From Clostridiaceae bacterium (GTDB lineage: Bacteria > Bacillota > Clostridia > Saccharofermentanales > DTU023), in the NCBI GenBank assembly GCA_012841015.1, contig DUVN01000014.1:65663-129662 (forward strand): a DNA stretch of 64,000 nt, read 5' to 3'. This document shows positions 30,662 to 40,651 of the stretch, piece after piece; the stretch's first letter is position 1, and every line of letters starts with the position of its first letter. The notes beneath the pieces are model-generated. The model ran no database searches. It saw only the letters and a program-made list of their open reading frames with translations, and had not been told where the DNA came from. The translations under genes were made by a program, and so were the position numbers.

Positions 30662-31221
30662 GATATTATTCTGACGGCAATCTTGCCGAGCAATTGAGCC
30701 AGCAGCCCATACCGTATGAGCTGCCCGATGTCTACATCCCGCATCCTGATGAAGTAGAGGAACAAAAGAGGAGAAATCGGAAGAGACTTGAAGAGGTCAA
30801 TCACGTTCGCTACCAATACAAGAGCATCACGCGCTCTCGTGCGCGCGTGTCTTTGCGGCTACTTTCTGTCCTTCTTGCCTTGGCAACTGTTGTCGGGTAT
30901 ATCGTCTGGAGAAGCGCTAAAGTGACAGAGATGAGTTTTTATAATGCTGGACTTAAACGTCAAATCAAAGAACTTGATAAACAGAATAGTCTTCTTCAAG
31001 ATAAGATTTTCAGTAAGTCATCGCCCCTTGCCGTGAAAGATGTCGCTACCTCTGAATTGGGCCTCCAGAAGCCAAGCTCAGAACAGATACTCTATGTACC
31101 AGCTGCCATTCTCACACCGGCTTTGAGTGATGAAGAGGCGGCAGAGGTTCACCAGGACAATACAGCCCGGATATCTGTTGAAAATATGAAGCTGATTGAA
31201 TCGTGGGTTCGCAGCCATTAG
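30658..31221 (+). CDS. ftsL: FtsL-like cell division protein (single-pass, coiled coil)
   Basis: One TM helix (LRLLSVLLALATVVGYIVW) followed by a coiled coil (LKRQIKELDKQNSLLQDKI); conserved position after rsmH. Confidence 0.65.
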   Translation: MRYYSDGNLAEQLSQQPIPYELPDVYIPHPDEVEEQKRRNRKRLEEVNHVRYQYKSITRSRARVSLRLLSVLLALATVVGYIVWRSAKVTEMSFYNAGLKRQIKELDKQNSLLQDKIFSKSSPLAVKDVATSELGLQKPSSEQILYVPAAILTPALSDEEAAEVHQDNTARISVENMKLIESWVRSH

Positions 31222-31259
31222 CCTGCTTCATGACTACGCCAATGATTTAGAGGTTCAGT

Positions 31260-33677
31260 ATGAAGCGTCAGCAAGATGTCAGGGCGACATATAGCCAGAA
31301 CGTTAAGATGTCGATTAAAGCGTTTAACGTCAAATTGTTGGTGGTCGTTATCGTTTTTCTTTTGTTGGCGAGTGTTCTCGCTTTTCATTTTTTTGACCTG
31401 CAGATTGTACAACATGATGTACTTGCAGCGAAGGCGGCAAGTCAACAGTATATGACAGAGAGGAAAAGTTCCAGACGCGGCATGATTCTTGACCGCCACG
31501 GTCAACCGCTCGTCCTTTCGACGTATGTCTACCGTATCGGTATCACGCCGCGAGATGTGAATTCAAGAAAACCCGACGTCACCGACATCGATATTGTCAA
31601 CCAGCTGTCTTCTCTTTTGGAGCTTGATGATGAGAAACGCGACCGTATTCTTGAACAGATCCGTGCAGATCGTGTGACAGGCTGGACGGGACTCAAAAAA
31701 CAGCTCATCGGTGAGAAGACGATGCCATACATGCAGATAGCTTCTGAAGTCCCGGAGACGAAGGCAATGGCTTTGAAAGACTGGCTCTCTGCTAAAGGCG
31801 TCGGTGGCGTGCGATTCGATGCAGAAGAGCGTCGTATCTACAACAATCAGATGCTCGCCTCGCCTGTTCTAGGGATGACACGTGTCATAGACGGAAAACT
31901 TGTCGGTGTTTCAGGCTTAGAAGCTAAGTACAACGCATTGCTTTCAGGAGCAGATGGCTATCTGTACGCTAGGCGCAACAATTACTCAAATAAAGGTGTA
32001 ACGCCATTTAGTACACCGATCAGTTACCCTGTTGAATCGAGTCTCAACCTTGTTTCTACGCTCGATATGGAAGTGCAGACGATTCTTCAGGAGGAACTTT
32101 TATCGATTGCCACCGCAGCAGGATTGAAAAATGGTGTGCACGGGCTTGTGATGGAAGTCGATACAGGTGATATTCTCGCTATGGCGCAGGTAGGTGGATA
32201 CGATGCCGCACAACCGGCGGCGATGCCTCTTGGTTTTACAAGTAAAGAGTGGGACGTCTTATCGGCAGAAGAAAAGACGCGCTACCTTTCATCAAATCTC
32301 TGGAACAACATTAACATTACTGATGTCTATGAACCGGGATCGACATTTAAAGCGGTAACACTCGCCATTGCTTTGGAAGAGAACGTCGCCTATGAGGGTT
32401 CAGTCTTCAGCGATGATCCGATCACGATACAGGGCAAAACAATCAGTTGCTATACGGTACACGGTCATGGCGATGTCACGCTGCGCCAATCATTTGCTTT
32501 GTCGTGTAACCCTGTGTACGTGGAATTAGGCAATAGAATTGGAAAATCCACATATTATGACTGGATTAGAAAATTTGGATTTTACGACAGAACAGGAATT
32601 GATTTGCCTGCTGAGGCGGCAGGTGTGCTTCACAGGAATCCCGCACCACTCGACTTTGCCAATCTGACTTTTGGCGAATCGTCTTCTGTGACTGCTATAC
32701 AGATGGCTCGATTTTTTGCTATGATTGGCAACGATGGCTATCTCGTGACACCTCGTGTCGGATGCGCTGCGACATCAGATGGGTTGGATGTAATGCAACC
32801 ATTCCCTCTCTGTGAGGCAAAGAAACTATTGTCAAAGAAAACGTGTGAGCGTGTCCGTTCAATGATGGTTGATGTCGTATCGGAGGGGACGGCTGCGGGA
32901 ACTTTCGGTGCGATCGGACTCGATATCGGAGGAAAGACGGGGACGTCGAGAGACTCGCAAGATGATGACCGACGCACATTTTCGTTCATCGGCATCAATC
33001 CGATCAATGACCCGGAATACGTCGTTCTTGTTACGCTCAGAAAGCCGGAGACATCGATCAATGTGAGTACGGTTGCTGCTCGTGCGGCAAACCGCGTTGC
33101 GGCAAGGATCGAAAACAGTCATGAGAAAGGTCAGCAATATGATGCACATGATTTAAGTGTATTGTCGCAACACGTCGAGATACCTGAGATAGATGGCATG
33201 ACAGTACGAGACCTCGCTATGCACCTAGTCAAACTTAATCTTGCTCCGAGCGTCCCGACAGATGAGTATCTGCTTGACCGACCCTGTGCTGTTGTATTGC
33301 CTAAGCCGGGCACGAAAGTTGGGGCGGGATCTACCGTATGGCTTTACCCCGAGGGCAATCGTGGAGTAGAATGGGTAACTGTGCCTGATTTTCAGGGTTT
33401 GAACTACCATGAATGTGTTTGGCTGGCCTCGGAATACGGCGTAGTGATCTTGCCTGACGATATACCGGTGGGAGTTGCGACGGGGCAAGATATTCCAGCG
33501 ACCATCGTCACGAGTCATGAGCCGGAATACGATGATTCCGGGGCGCCCATTGAGGCTGCCGGATCAGACGTGCCTGATGACGGGAAAGTTAGAAAAGGAC
33601 AAGTGATTCATGTATCATTCGGTAGGAAGAGCCTGCACGAAAAAACAAATACGACCGATGACTTGGGTGAAGAATAA
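31260..33677 (+). CDS. Class B penicillin-binding protein (FtsI/PBP2B/SpoVD-like) with C-terminal PASTA domains
   Basis: STFK, SCN and KTGT transpeptidase motifs, an N-terminal anchor, and two PASTA-like repeats near the C-terminus. Confidence 0.9.
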   Translation: MKRQQDVRATYSQNVKMSIKAFNVKLLVVVIVFLLLASVLAFHFFDLQIVQHDVLAAKAASQQYMTERKSSRRGMILDRHGQPLVLSTYVYRIGITPRDVNSRKPDVTDIDIVNQLSSLLELDDEKRDRILEQIRADRVTGWTGLKKQLIGEKTMPYMQIASEVPETKAMALKDWLSAKGVGGVRFDAEERRIYNNQMLASPVLGMTRVIDGKLVGVSGLEAKYNALLSGADGYLYARRNNYSNKGVTPFSTPISYPVESSLNLVSTLDMEVQTILQEELLSIATAAGLKNGVHGLVMEVDTGDILAMAQVGGYDAAQPAAMPLGFTSKEWDVLSAEEKTRYLSSNLWNNINITDVYEPGSTFKAVTLAIALEENVAYEGSVFSDDPITIQGKTISCYTVHGHGDVTLRQSFALSCNPVYVELGNRIGKSTYYDWIRKFGFYDRTGIDLPAEAAGVLHRNPAPLDFANLTFGESSSVTAIQMARFFAMIGNDGYLVTPRVGCAATSDGLDVMQPFPLCEAKKLLSKKTCERVRSMMVDVVSEGTAAGTFGAIGLDIGGKTGTSRDSQDDDRRTFSFIGINPINDPEYVVLVTLRKPETSINVSTVAARAANRVAARIENSHEKGQQYDAHDLSVLSQHVEIPEIDGMTVRDLAMHLVKLNLAPSVPTDEYLLDRPCAVVLPKPGTKVGAGSTVWLYPEGNRGVEWVTVPDFQGLNYHECVWLASEYGVVILPDDIPVGVATGQDIPATIVTSHEPEYDDSGAPIEAAGSDVPDDGKVRKGQVIHVSFGRKSLHEKTNTTDDLGEE

Positions 33678-33699
33678 AGATTGACTGAAAGATGATGAT

Positions 33700-35175
33700 A
33701 TGACACGTTTCTTGCCTACACAAATTAAGCTGTGGACCGATGGAGAACTTCTGCAAACGGTTAAGCATGCAGAAGATTCCGAGCGCTATTATCCTTCCAT
33801 TTCGACAGATACGAGATCGATTACCTCTCAAGAGGTATTTGTACCGCTTCGAGGTGATCATTTTGACGGGCATCACTTTCTCAATGAAGCGTACAAACGC
33901 GGAGCAGGCATGCTCGTCATCGCGTATGATGCTCCTGAGAAGGATGAATTCTTAGCGCTTCTCAACTGTGACGAAGACGCACCAGATATTCTCCTCGTTG
34001 AGGACACGTGGAGAGCGTATCAGGACATTGCAAGCGGCTATCGTAATGTGCTCGAGGCGAGCGTTATCGGCGTGACAGGAAGTGTCGGCAAGACGACGAC
34101 ACGCCGGATGATTTACTGTATGATCGAATCGCAAGTTAGGGCGGAACAGTCACAGCGAAATTACAATAACCAAGTAGGGTTACCTCGAACGATTTTGTCG
34201 ACGAATCCCAAGACACAAGCTTTGGTTGCTGAGTTAGGGATGGATCGAAAAGGTGAGATTCGAACACTCTCTCATATATCCAGACCCGATATCTCGATTA
34301 TCACCGGTGTCGGGATTTCCCACGCGGAGCATCTTGGATCGACGCGTGACATCCTCGAGGAGAAAATATCTGTTATAGATGGCATGAAAAGCAATGGGCT
34401 TCTCTTACTCAATGGAGATGATGCCTTGCTCGAGAACTGGGTCATCCGTGAAGAGCCCGATATTTCTCATTGGTACGTTTGTAGCGAGAAAAATGTAGGC
34501 AGACTAGAGCGTGATGGTAGTCCTGTTTTCTGGGCTGAACACATCAGCGTTAATTCACATAGTTTATCGTTTATTGGACGATCGAATTTAACGCCCGACG
34601 AACGGTGGCCGATTGACCTTCCCCATCCGGGATTCCATCTTATTCCCGCTGTCTTATTTGGCCTCGCTGTCGTCTATGCGATGGGATTGAATATGCAAGA
34701 AGCAGCGGCATCGGCGAGAAAATTTGTCACGACGGAGCATCGTCAGGAGCTTTTCAGCTCTGGGTCAGTCGATATCATCGATGATACGTATAACTCATCG
34801 CCAGAATCGCTACGATCTGCCCTTCGTACTGCTTCCATGATGGCGGGCGGACGGCGAAGGCTTGTGGCAGTGATCGGTGGTATGCGCGAACTCGGACGAT
34901 ATTCAAAAAAGGCACATCTTGACGCCATTGTTGAGTTTTCTCGTGCACATGTCGATCGTGTTTTTCTGATCGGGGAAGAGACGAAAGTCATGCGCGATGC
35001 GATGTGTAAAGACCATCATTTTTCATCTATGTATTCCGGTTGGTATGGGACAGGCGAGGAGGCGATCCCCGATGTGCTTAGAGAAGTATCAGGAGATGAT
35101 CTTGTGTTGGTCAAAGCTTCTCGTTTCTATGAGCTTGACCATATCGTGACGGCGCTTGTCGAGAGGGATTCGTGA
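33700..35175 (+). CDS. murF: UDP-N-acetylmuramoyl-tripeptide--D-alanyl-D-alanine ligase
   Basis: STDTRSITSQEVFVPLRGDHFDGHHF and GVTGSVGKTTT are MurF-type motifs. Confidence 0.88.
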   Translation: MTRFLPTQIKLWTDGELLQTVKHAEDSERYYPSISTDTRSITSQEVFVPLRGDHFDGHHFLNEAYKRGAGMLVIAYDAPEKDEFLALLNCDEDAPDILLVEDTWRAYQDIASGYRNVLEASVIGVTGSVGKTTTRRMIYCMIESQVRAEQSQRNYNNQVGLPRTILSTNPKTQALVAELGMDRKGEIRTLSHISRPDISIITGVGISHAEHLGSTRDILEEKISVIDGMKSNGLLLLNGDDALLENWVIREEPDISHWYVCSEKNVGRLERDGSPVFWAEHISVNSHSLSFIGRSNLTPDERWPIDLPHPGFHLIPAVLFGLAVVYAMGLNMQEAAASARKFVTTEHRQELFSSGSVDIIDDTYNSSPESLRSALRTASMMAGGRRRLVAVIGGMRELGRYSKKAHLDAIVEFSRAHVDRVFLIGEETKVMRDAMCKDHHFSSMYSGWYGTGEEAIPDVLREVSGDDLVLVKASRFYELDHIVTALVERDS

Positions 35176-35187
35176 GGAGGCGGCTTC

Positions 35188-36210
35188 ATGTTTCCTTATG
35201 ATGCTATGCGTTTTGCTGTTTTAAGCTTGTTGATAACGGCAGGCGGAACGATTGTGAGCGGGTGGATATTGCTCCCATGGATACGGCGCAAGCGCTCAAG
35301 CCAGCCGATCCGAGATAACGGACCGCAGTCACATCTTTCAAAGGCGGGAACACCGACATTTGGCGGGCTGTTTTTTCTTCTTCCGATCACCCTCTTTGCG
35401 ATCATCGGTCCAATTATAAAGCGTGAGCTGCTACCTATGACAGTTATGATTGTCTTTATGATGCTCTTCGGAATCGTCGGTTTCGCTGATGATTACGTCA
35501 AGGTTAATATTTCACGTAAAGGTCTGAGTGTCAAACAGAAGACGGCGTGGCTTGGACTATTTTCGACGGCGGCTACTGTTTTTTATCTCTGGGTTTCACC
35601 TTATCCACCGTTCATTCTGACGCTCTCAGGAAAAGTCATCCCCATCATCGGAGCGTGGAAGGTCATCTATGGGCTTATCATGATCCCATTTTTGTTTTAT
35701 ATGAGTAATTCCGTTAACATAACAGACGGGGTCGATGGCTTGTTGTCATCGCTCATGTCGATTGCCGGTATCGGTCTTTTCGCAGTGAGCGGCCTGTTGG
35801 CACCTGTGATCCCGCACGTTTTGTCAACGATGACTTTGTCGTTAGTCATTACAGGTGGATGCCTCGGTTTTTTAGTCTTTAATCGTTACCCAGCCCGTAT
35901 TTTTATGGGGGATACTGGGTCGCAGGCACTCGGAATCGTATTTACTCTCTTGACTGTCGTGATGGGTGTTCCTTACCTTGCTTTGATCATAGGCTTTGTC
36001 TTTTTCTTCGAAGGTTTCTCGGTCGTCATGCAGGTGATTTATTTTAAAGCGACAGGTGGAAAGCGTATCTTTCGTATGTCACCCATTCACCACCACTTCG
36101 AGTTGGGCGGGTGGCATGAAAAGAAAATAGTACTCGTCTTCAGCCTCGTTGGCATCGTGTCCTCGCTCGTAGGATTTTTGGTGATGTCGTATCCACTTTT
36201 TAGGAGGTAG
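35188..36210 (+). CDS. mraY: Phospho-N-acetylmuramoyl-pentapeptide transferase
   Basis: KAGTPTFGG, NITDGVDGL, MGDTGSQALG and PIHHHFE motifs. Confidence 0.95.
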   Translation: MFPYDAMRFAVLSLLITAGGTIVSGWILLPWIRRKRSSQPIRDNGPQSHLSKAGTPTFGGLFFLLPITLFAIIGPIIKRELLPMTVMIVFMMLFGIVGFADDYVKVNISRKGLSVKQKTAWLGLFSTAATVFYLWVSPYPPFILTLSGKVIPIIGAWKVIYGLIMIPFLFYMSNSVNITDGVDGLLSSLMSIAGIGLFAVSGLLAPVIPHVLSTMTLSLVITGGCLGFLVFNRYPARIFMGDTGSQALGIVFTLLTVVMGVPYLALIIGFVFFFEGFSVVMQVIYFKATGGKRIFRMSPIHHHFELGGWHEKKIVLVFSLVGIVSSLVGFLVMSYPLFRR

Positions 36211-36212
36211 AG

Positions 36213-37721
36213 ATGTCGGGAACTGATAAAAAGTTTCTTACATTTAGTCAATCTGGCAGCCAAGTAATGGCTGATACTCAGAAGACAGTTCTCGGCTATA
36301 GACAGCTCTCTTCGCATAGGCGTATGTCGCTTGTCTTCCTCTTTATTTGGCTCATCTTAATCGCTTTTGGATTGACGATGATGTTCAGTGCCAGCTATGG
36401 TGTTAGCTTTGTTCAATCCAGTTCTGCAATACGCTCGCAATGGAAGCAGACAGGTGCTCTAGATCCTTCGTCTCCTGTGGGTGTGATTGTAGAAGCAGAC
36501 GCGACAAAACTTGCTCAGAAGCAGGCCTTTTACACGATAGGTAGCGCACTGTTAGCTCTTACACTTGCGATCATCGTTCCGTTCCGTCAATTGACACGGC
36601 CATCGTTTAAGTGGATAGTCTATGTTGTCATCACGTTTGCTCTTCTTTATACCATCGTCGCTGGGCGAAGTTTTAACGGCGCTAAGCGTTGGCTCACAAT
36701 TGCAGGGATAACGTTCCAAGCGTCGGAGCTTGCTAAGGTTGGTGCTGTTTTTTTCTTAGCCTCATATTTTTCGGACCGCCGAAAGGCACGTCTGCAAGAA
36801 GCGGGTTCAGTGAAGACAGGTCGCTCGAAAACCCGCACATCAAGGATAAGGCGCTCCTCTTGGATGAAGCAGGCTTTTATGGAAGTAGCGTGGCCGGGGT
36901 TCTTGATGTTCGTTTGGGTTGGTCTGACTGTCGTTCAACCACACCTCTCCGGGGCGATTATTTTGACGTCAATCTGTCTTGTAGTATTCTTTTTTGCGCA
37001 GATGCCTCTTAAGATTCGCTTGGCTGGGCTTGTCCAGTTGCTTATCATCGTTCTCGTGATTTGTATAGCTGCCGGCGCCCTCTTTGAAGCATTGACTGGC
37101 AGATCGGCCGTTAGTTTCATAAGTCAACGCTTTGCCCACGCATCGCGAAGACTCGATACATTTCAGAATAGAGATGCCGTCAGTGAAGATGATCGCATGC
37201 AGATTGAACAGGCGGAGATTGCACTCGGGTCGGGCGGTTTGACAGGGAAAGGTCTAGGTAAGAGCGTTCAGAAACTCAACTGGCTGTCGGAAGCGCACAA
37301 CGATTTTATCTTATCGGTCATCGGCGAGGAGTTAGGGTTTTTAGGCATCTTAGCAATCATACTCATGTTTTTAGCTTTCCTTGTGGCAGGCCTCATGATT
37401 GCCAAACGTGCAGCAACACCTATGGCGAGACTCATCGCAGCAGGCTATACGTTTATGGTCGTATGGCAGGCATTTCTCAACATGGCGGTGGCGACCAGTT
37501 TAATACCTGCGACAGGTATATCCCTTCCTTTCTTTAGTTATGGAGGGACAGCTAATATTTTCTTCTCATTAGCAGCAGGTCTGGTGCTCTGTGTTTCTAA
37601 AAGTGGCACAAAGCAAAATCGAGAATTGGCGAAAATTCTTAACAGTTCGCGTTACAATAAAGAGCTAGATAGAGATGATGGAGAGCTTGAGGATGACGGC
37701 ACCGTAGGTTACGCTGTGTAG
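36213..37721 (+). CDS. ftsW: FtsW-type SEDS protein of the dcw cluster
   Basis: FQASELAKV, HNDFILSVIGEELGF and GISLPFFSYGGT motifs. It is extended relative to typical FtsW (502 aa) by a basic internal insert and a C-terminal tail. Confidence 0.85.
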   Translation: MSGTDKKFLTFSQSGSQVMADTQKTVLGYRQLSSHRRMSLVFLFIWLILIAFGLTMMFSASYGVSFVQSSSAIRSQWKQTGALDPSSPVGVIVEADATKLAQKQAFYTIGSALLALTLAIIVPFRQLTRPSFKWIVYVVITFALLYTIVAGRSFNGAKRWLTIAGITFQASELAKVGAVFFLASYFSDRRKARLQEAGSVKTGRSKTRTSRIRRSSWMKQAFMEVAWPGFLMFVWVGLTVVQPHLSGAIILTSICLVVFFFAQMPLKIRLAGLVQLLIIVLVICIAAGALFEALTGRSAVSFISQRFAHASRRLDTFQNRDAVSEDDRMQIEQAEIALGSGGLTGKGLGKSVQKLNWLSEAHNDFILSVIGEELGFLGILAIILMFLAFLVAGLMIAKRAATPMARLIAAGYTFMVVWQAFLNMAVATSLIPATGISLPFFSYGGTANIFFSLAAGLVLCVSKSGTKQNRELAKILNSSRYNKELDRDDGELEDDGTVGYAV

Positions 37722-37808
37722 GTGTGATAACGAGTGTTTGCAATGGTAAGCAGATGCAGGTTGAACGGAAGTGTCAAGACAAACAATGATTAGGGTGTGG
37801 TGTGTAGG

Positions 37809-38969
37809 ATGACTTTTGAGGAAGGTCATGAATGTAAACGCGAGCATAACGAAACAAGGACGGTTCTAATTGCTGCTGGGGGTACGAGTGGTCACATCTT
37901 CCCAGCGCTCGCTATCGCGAGGGAGCTTCGAAGCCTTTGTCCTCTCTGTCATGTCGTCTTTAGCGGTATCACCAATGGTCTCGAGCACAAGATGGCACTG
38001 CAGGAAAATTTTGAATTTATACCCATCACAGCTCAAAATCTTCCCTCACGTTTCGGCCGGCGTTATTGGAATTGGCTGAAGCGTAATGTGCGCGGCATGC
38101 GACTTAGTCGCAAGGCGATGAAGGAGATGAAACCCGACATCGTGATCGGTACGGGCGGTTTTGTTTCTGCACCAGTCATCGCTGCTGCCAAGATGCTACG
38201 GATCCCCTATGTTCTGCACGAGCAAAATTCTATTCCGGGCAGGGCGAATCGCGCCTTCTCAAGAGGCGCTAAGAAAGTTTTTATCAGCTACGATGTTAGC
38301 CGATCGCATTTTTCTCGAAAGGCGAACCTTATACTGACAGGTAATCCCGTTCGCCCCGAGTTTCATCTTTTGGAAAAGGGAGAGGCGCGAACATCACTCG
38401 GTATCGATCCGGAAGCCTTTGTCGTTCTCGTCATGGGAGGTAGTCTTGGCGCAAAAGCGATCAATAACGCTGTCCGAGGACTCGATCAGGACGGTCGGTG
38501 GTCAGAGTTGATTGAGCAATATCCTAACTTGTCTTTGATTGTTAGCACAGGGACCTTACATGATCCGTGTATCGTAGAGCAGATGAATGCTTTGCCTCAC
38601 ATTTCGGCAGCATCATTTTACGATGATGCGCCAATGCGGATTGCCGTATGTGATTTATATATTGGTCGAGCCGGGGCGATGACATGCGCGGAAATTGCCA
38701 TTCTCGGTAAACCGTCGCTGCTGATACCTTTTCCCTATGCGGCCGATGATCACCAAACGGAAAATGCTAACGTTATGAGGAGAGCTGGGGCAGCGTATGT
38801 CTGCGATGAGAAGAGCTTCGATAGCTACACACTGCTTGAAGTCATTAGAAGCGCTATCAAGGAGAAAGATCTTCTCAGAGAAATGGGTGAGAAGGCAAAA
38901 TCCCTCGCCACACCCGATGCTTCGCGAGTGATCGCAGAAGAGATTTTAGAGCTGTTGTACGCTGTATGA
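37809..38969 (+). CDS. murG: UDP-N-acetylglucosamine--LipidI N-acetylglucosaminyltransferase
   Basis: AAGGTSGHIFPALA N-terminal motif, GGSLGA and a C-terminal DHQTENA motif. The track ORF starts at GTG 37797. Confidence 0.92.
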   Translation: MTFEEGHECKREHNETRTVLIAAGGTSGHIFPALAIARELRSLCPLCHVVFSGITNGLEHKMALQENFEFIPITAQNLPSRFGRRYWNWLKRNVRGMRLSRKAMKEMKPDIVIGTGGFVSAPVIAAAKMLRIPYVLHEQNSIPGRANRAFSRGAKKVFISYDVSRSHFSRKANLILTGNPVRPEFHLLEKGEARTSLGIDPEAFVVLVMGGSLGAKAINNAVRGLDQDGRWSELIEQYPNLSLIVSTGTLHDPCIVEQMNALPHISAASFYDDAPMRIAVCDLYIGRAGAMTCAEIAILGKPSLLIPFPYAADDHQTENANVMRRAGAAYVCDEKSFDSYTLLEVIRSAIKEKDLLREMGEKAKSLATPDASRVIAEEILELLYAV

Positions 38970-39955
38970 GTCGCCGAATCAATAAAAAGCGAAAAGCTAG
39001 CGTGGGTAGTTCTGCGAGGAGAGAACTAAGAAAACGCACGCGTAAACAATCTAAAGAGGGTGCCCTCTACGACGGTTACCCCAAGAGTTTCAAGCCATCG
39101 CCTTTTACAGAAGAGAGCCGTAAGAAGCGCGCAAGTGAAAGGCGCCGACGCATGATCGTCGGCTGGCCGCTCGCTATTTTAAGCGTGATAGCGATGATCC
39201 TCATCATCGTCACACTCATCGCCTATCTGCCGCAGTTTTACATAGAGCGTATTACGATCAGTGGCTTAAGGTTAGTCGACCGCGAAGAAGTAGGGGCTTT
39301 GATCGATAAAAAGCCGGGGGAACACTTTATTCATGGAGTCGGTGGGGGACTGGGTCAGTACATTACTCTTCGTTATGGAAACATTGAGAAAACGATTGAA
39401 GATACCTTTCCGCTCGTCCGTTCAGCGAAAGTCCAGTTTCGCTTTCCCTCAGAAGTGCACGTCACCATCGTAGAAAAAACAGAAATACTTGCCGTTCGTA
39501 TTTCAGGCGGGTACGCCCTTCTAGATAGCGGTCTGTACGTGATGCGCATGACGAGTGAACGTGATTTTGATATCCCAGTACTTGAGGGGATAAGGGTGCA
39601 AAGTACACCTGTCGTCAATGAGAAGATTGACGTTGATGATGAGGCGCGTCTCTTTGCGGCGATCAACATTACGGCAGCGCTGATCGGACACGATCAAAGT
39701 GATACAGAGTATAATGCCGTCTCTTTGATGCAGCACGTGAAGCAGATCAGGCAACTTTCAGATCATGTGTTTTATCTCTTTGTTCCCCTGTCGCAAGGAG
39801 GGGAGATTCGTGTTAGACTGGAAGACAACAGGTCATTACAGGATAGATTGAAAGTATTAAGTTACCTTCTTGGAGAAGGTGATCTTAGAAGTCGAGGATC
39901 GGGTGAATTAGACTTAACGGGTCAGTCGGTGTTTTTTCGGCCTGATGCGACTTGA
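38966..39955 (+). CDS. ftsQ: FtsQ/DivIB-type cell division protein (POTRA)
   Basis: Basic N-terminus, a single TM helix and a POTRA-like segment (IERITISGLRLVDREEV); position after murG. Confidence 0.75.
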   Translation: MSRRINKKRKASVGSSARRELRKRTRKQSKEGALYDGYPKSFKPSPFTEESRKKRASERRRRMIVGWPLAILSVIAMILIIVTLIAYLPQFYIERITISGLRLVDREEVGALIDKKPGEHFIHGVGGGLGQYITLRYGNIEKTIEDTFPLVRSAKVQFRFPSEVHVTIVEKTEILAVRISGGYALLDSGLYVMRMTSERDFDIPVLEGIRVQSTPVVNEKIDVDDEARLFAAINITAALIGHDQSDTEYNAVSLMQHVKQIRQLSDHVFYLFVPLSQGGEIRVRLEDNRSLQDRLKVLSYLLGEGDLRSRGSGELDLTGQSVFFRPDAT

Positions 39956-40024
39956 TTTTTTAAAATTGATGTCATGACATCTCATAATATCGTCAGTTAA
40001 GATGAATGAAGGGAGCGAAAAGGA

Positions 40025-40399
40025 TTGGTCATCTTGATAGGCTTACTCATCGGCCTGATCATCGGTCTATTCGTCAATGTGACGATTCCCGCCGGGCTAA
40101 CGCCCTATCTCGCTGTCTTGACACTCGTTGGTATAGAGGCGCTGACGTCATCTTACAATGCTATGTTGCGCAACGAATTTGCAGCGTCAAAGTTTACTAT
40201 TGAGTTTCTTTCAAACATCGTCATATCAGGGCTTTTAACGGGTTTGGGCATCCAGCTTGAATTTGATTTTGCCTTTGTAATCGCCTTTGTATTTGCTTAT
40301 CGCATTTTTAGAAATATCAATTTTATCTCGCGCCATTTTTACTTGCGGTATAGGTCTTGGCGTGCATCTCGTCGCAAGTCAAGAGATTCTGACAACTGA
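40025..40399 (+). CDS. sbp: Small basic protein (DUF1290, Sbp/YlxX-like)
   Basis: Small membrane protein with a basic C-terminal tail. Same position as B. subtilis sbp, upstream of the ftsA/ftsZ region. TTG start after GGGAGCGAAAAGGA. Confidence 0.7.
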   Translation: MVILIGLLIGLIIGLFVNVTIPAGLTPYLAVLTLVGIEALTSSYNAMLRNEFAASKFTIEFLSNIVISGLLTGLGIQLEFDFAFVIAFVFAYRIFRNINFISRHFYLRYRSWRASRRKSRDSDN

Positions 40400-40651
40400 T
40401 GAAGTTGAGCCGAAAATTCGCGATGGGTGATACAGCTCAGGCTTGTAAGAACGTCCTTATGAGCAAAAGTCAGTCGAAATAGTTCTTCAGGCAATCTCTT
40501 TAAAGGTTGCGATTCATGTTGGTGTGGTGTAGAATGACGGCATGACGCAAACAGACTCGCTATTTGGATAGAATGAATGCGATTTTGTTGATGTTAGATT
40601 GTAATGACAATTCCGTACTGTGCGGTTAAAACGTTTGGAAGGAGCTAAACG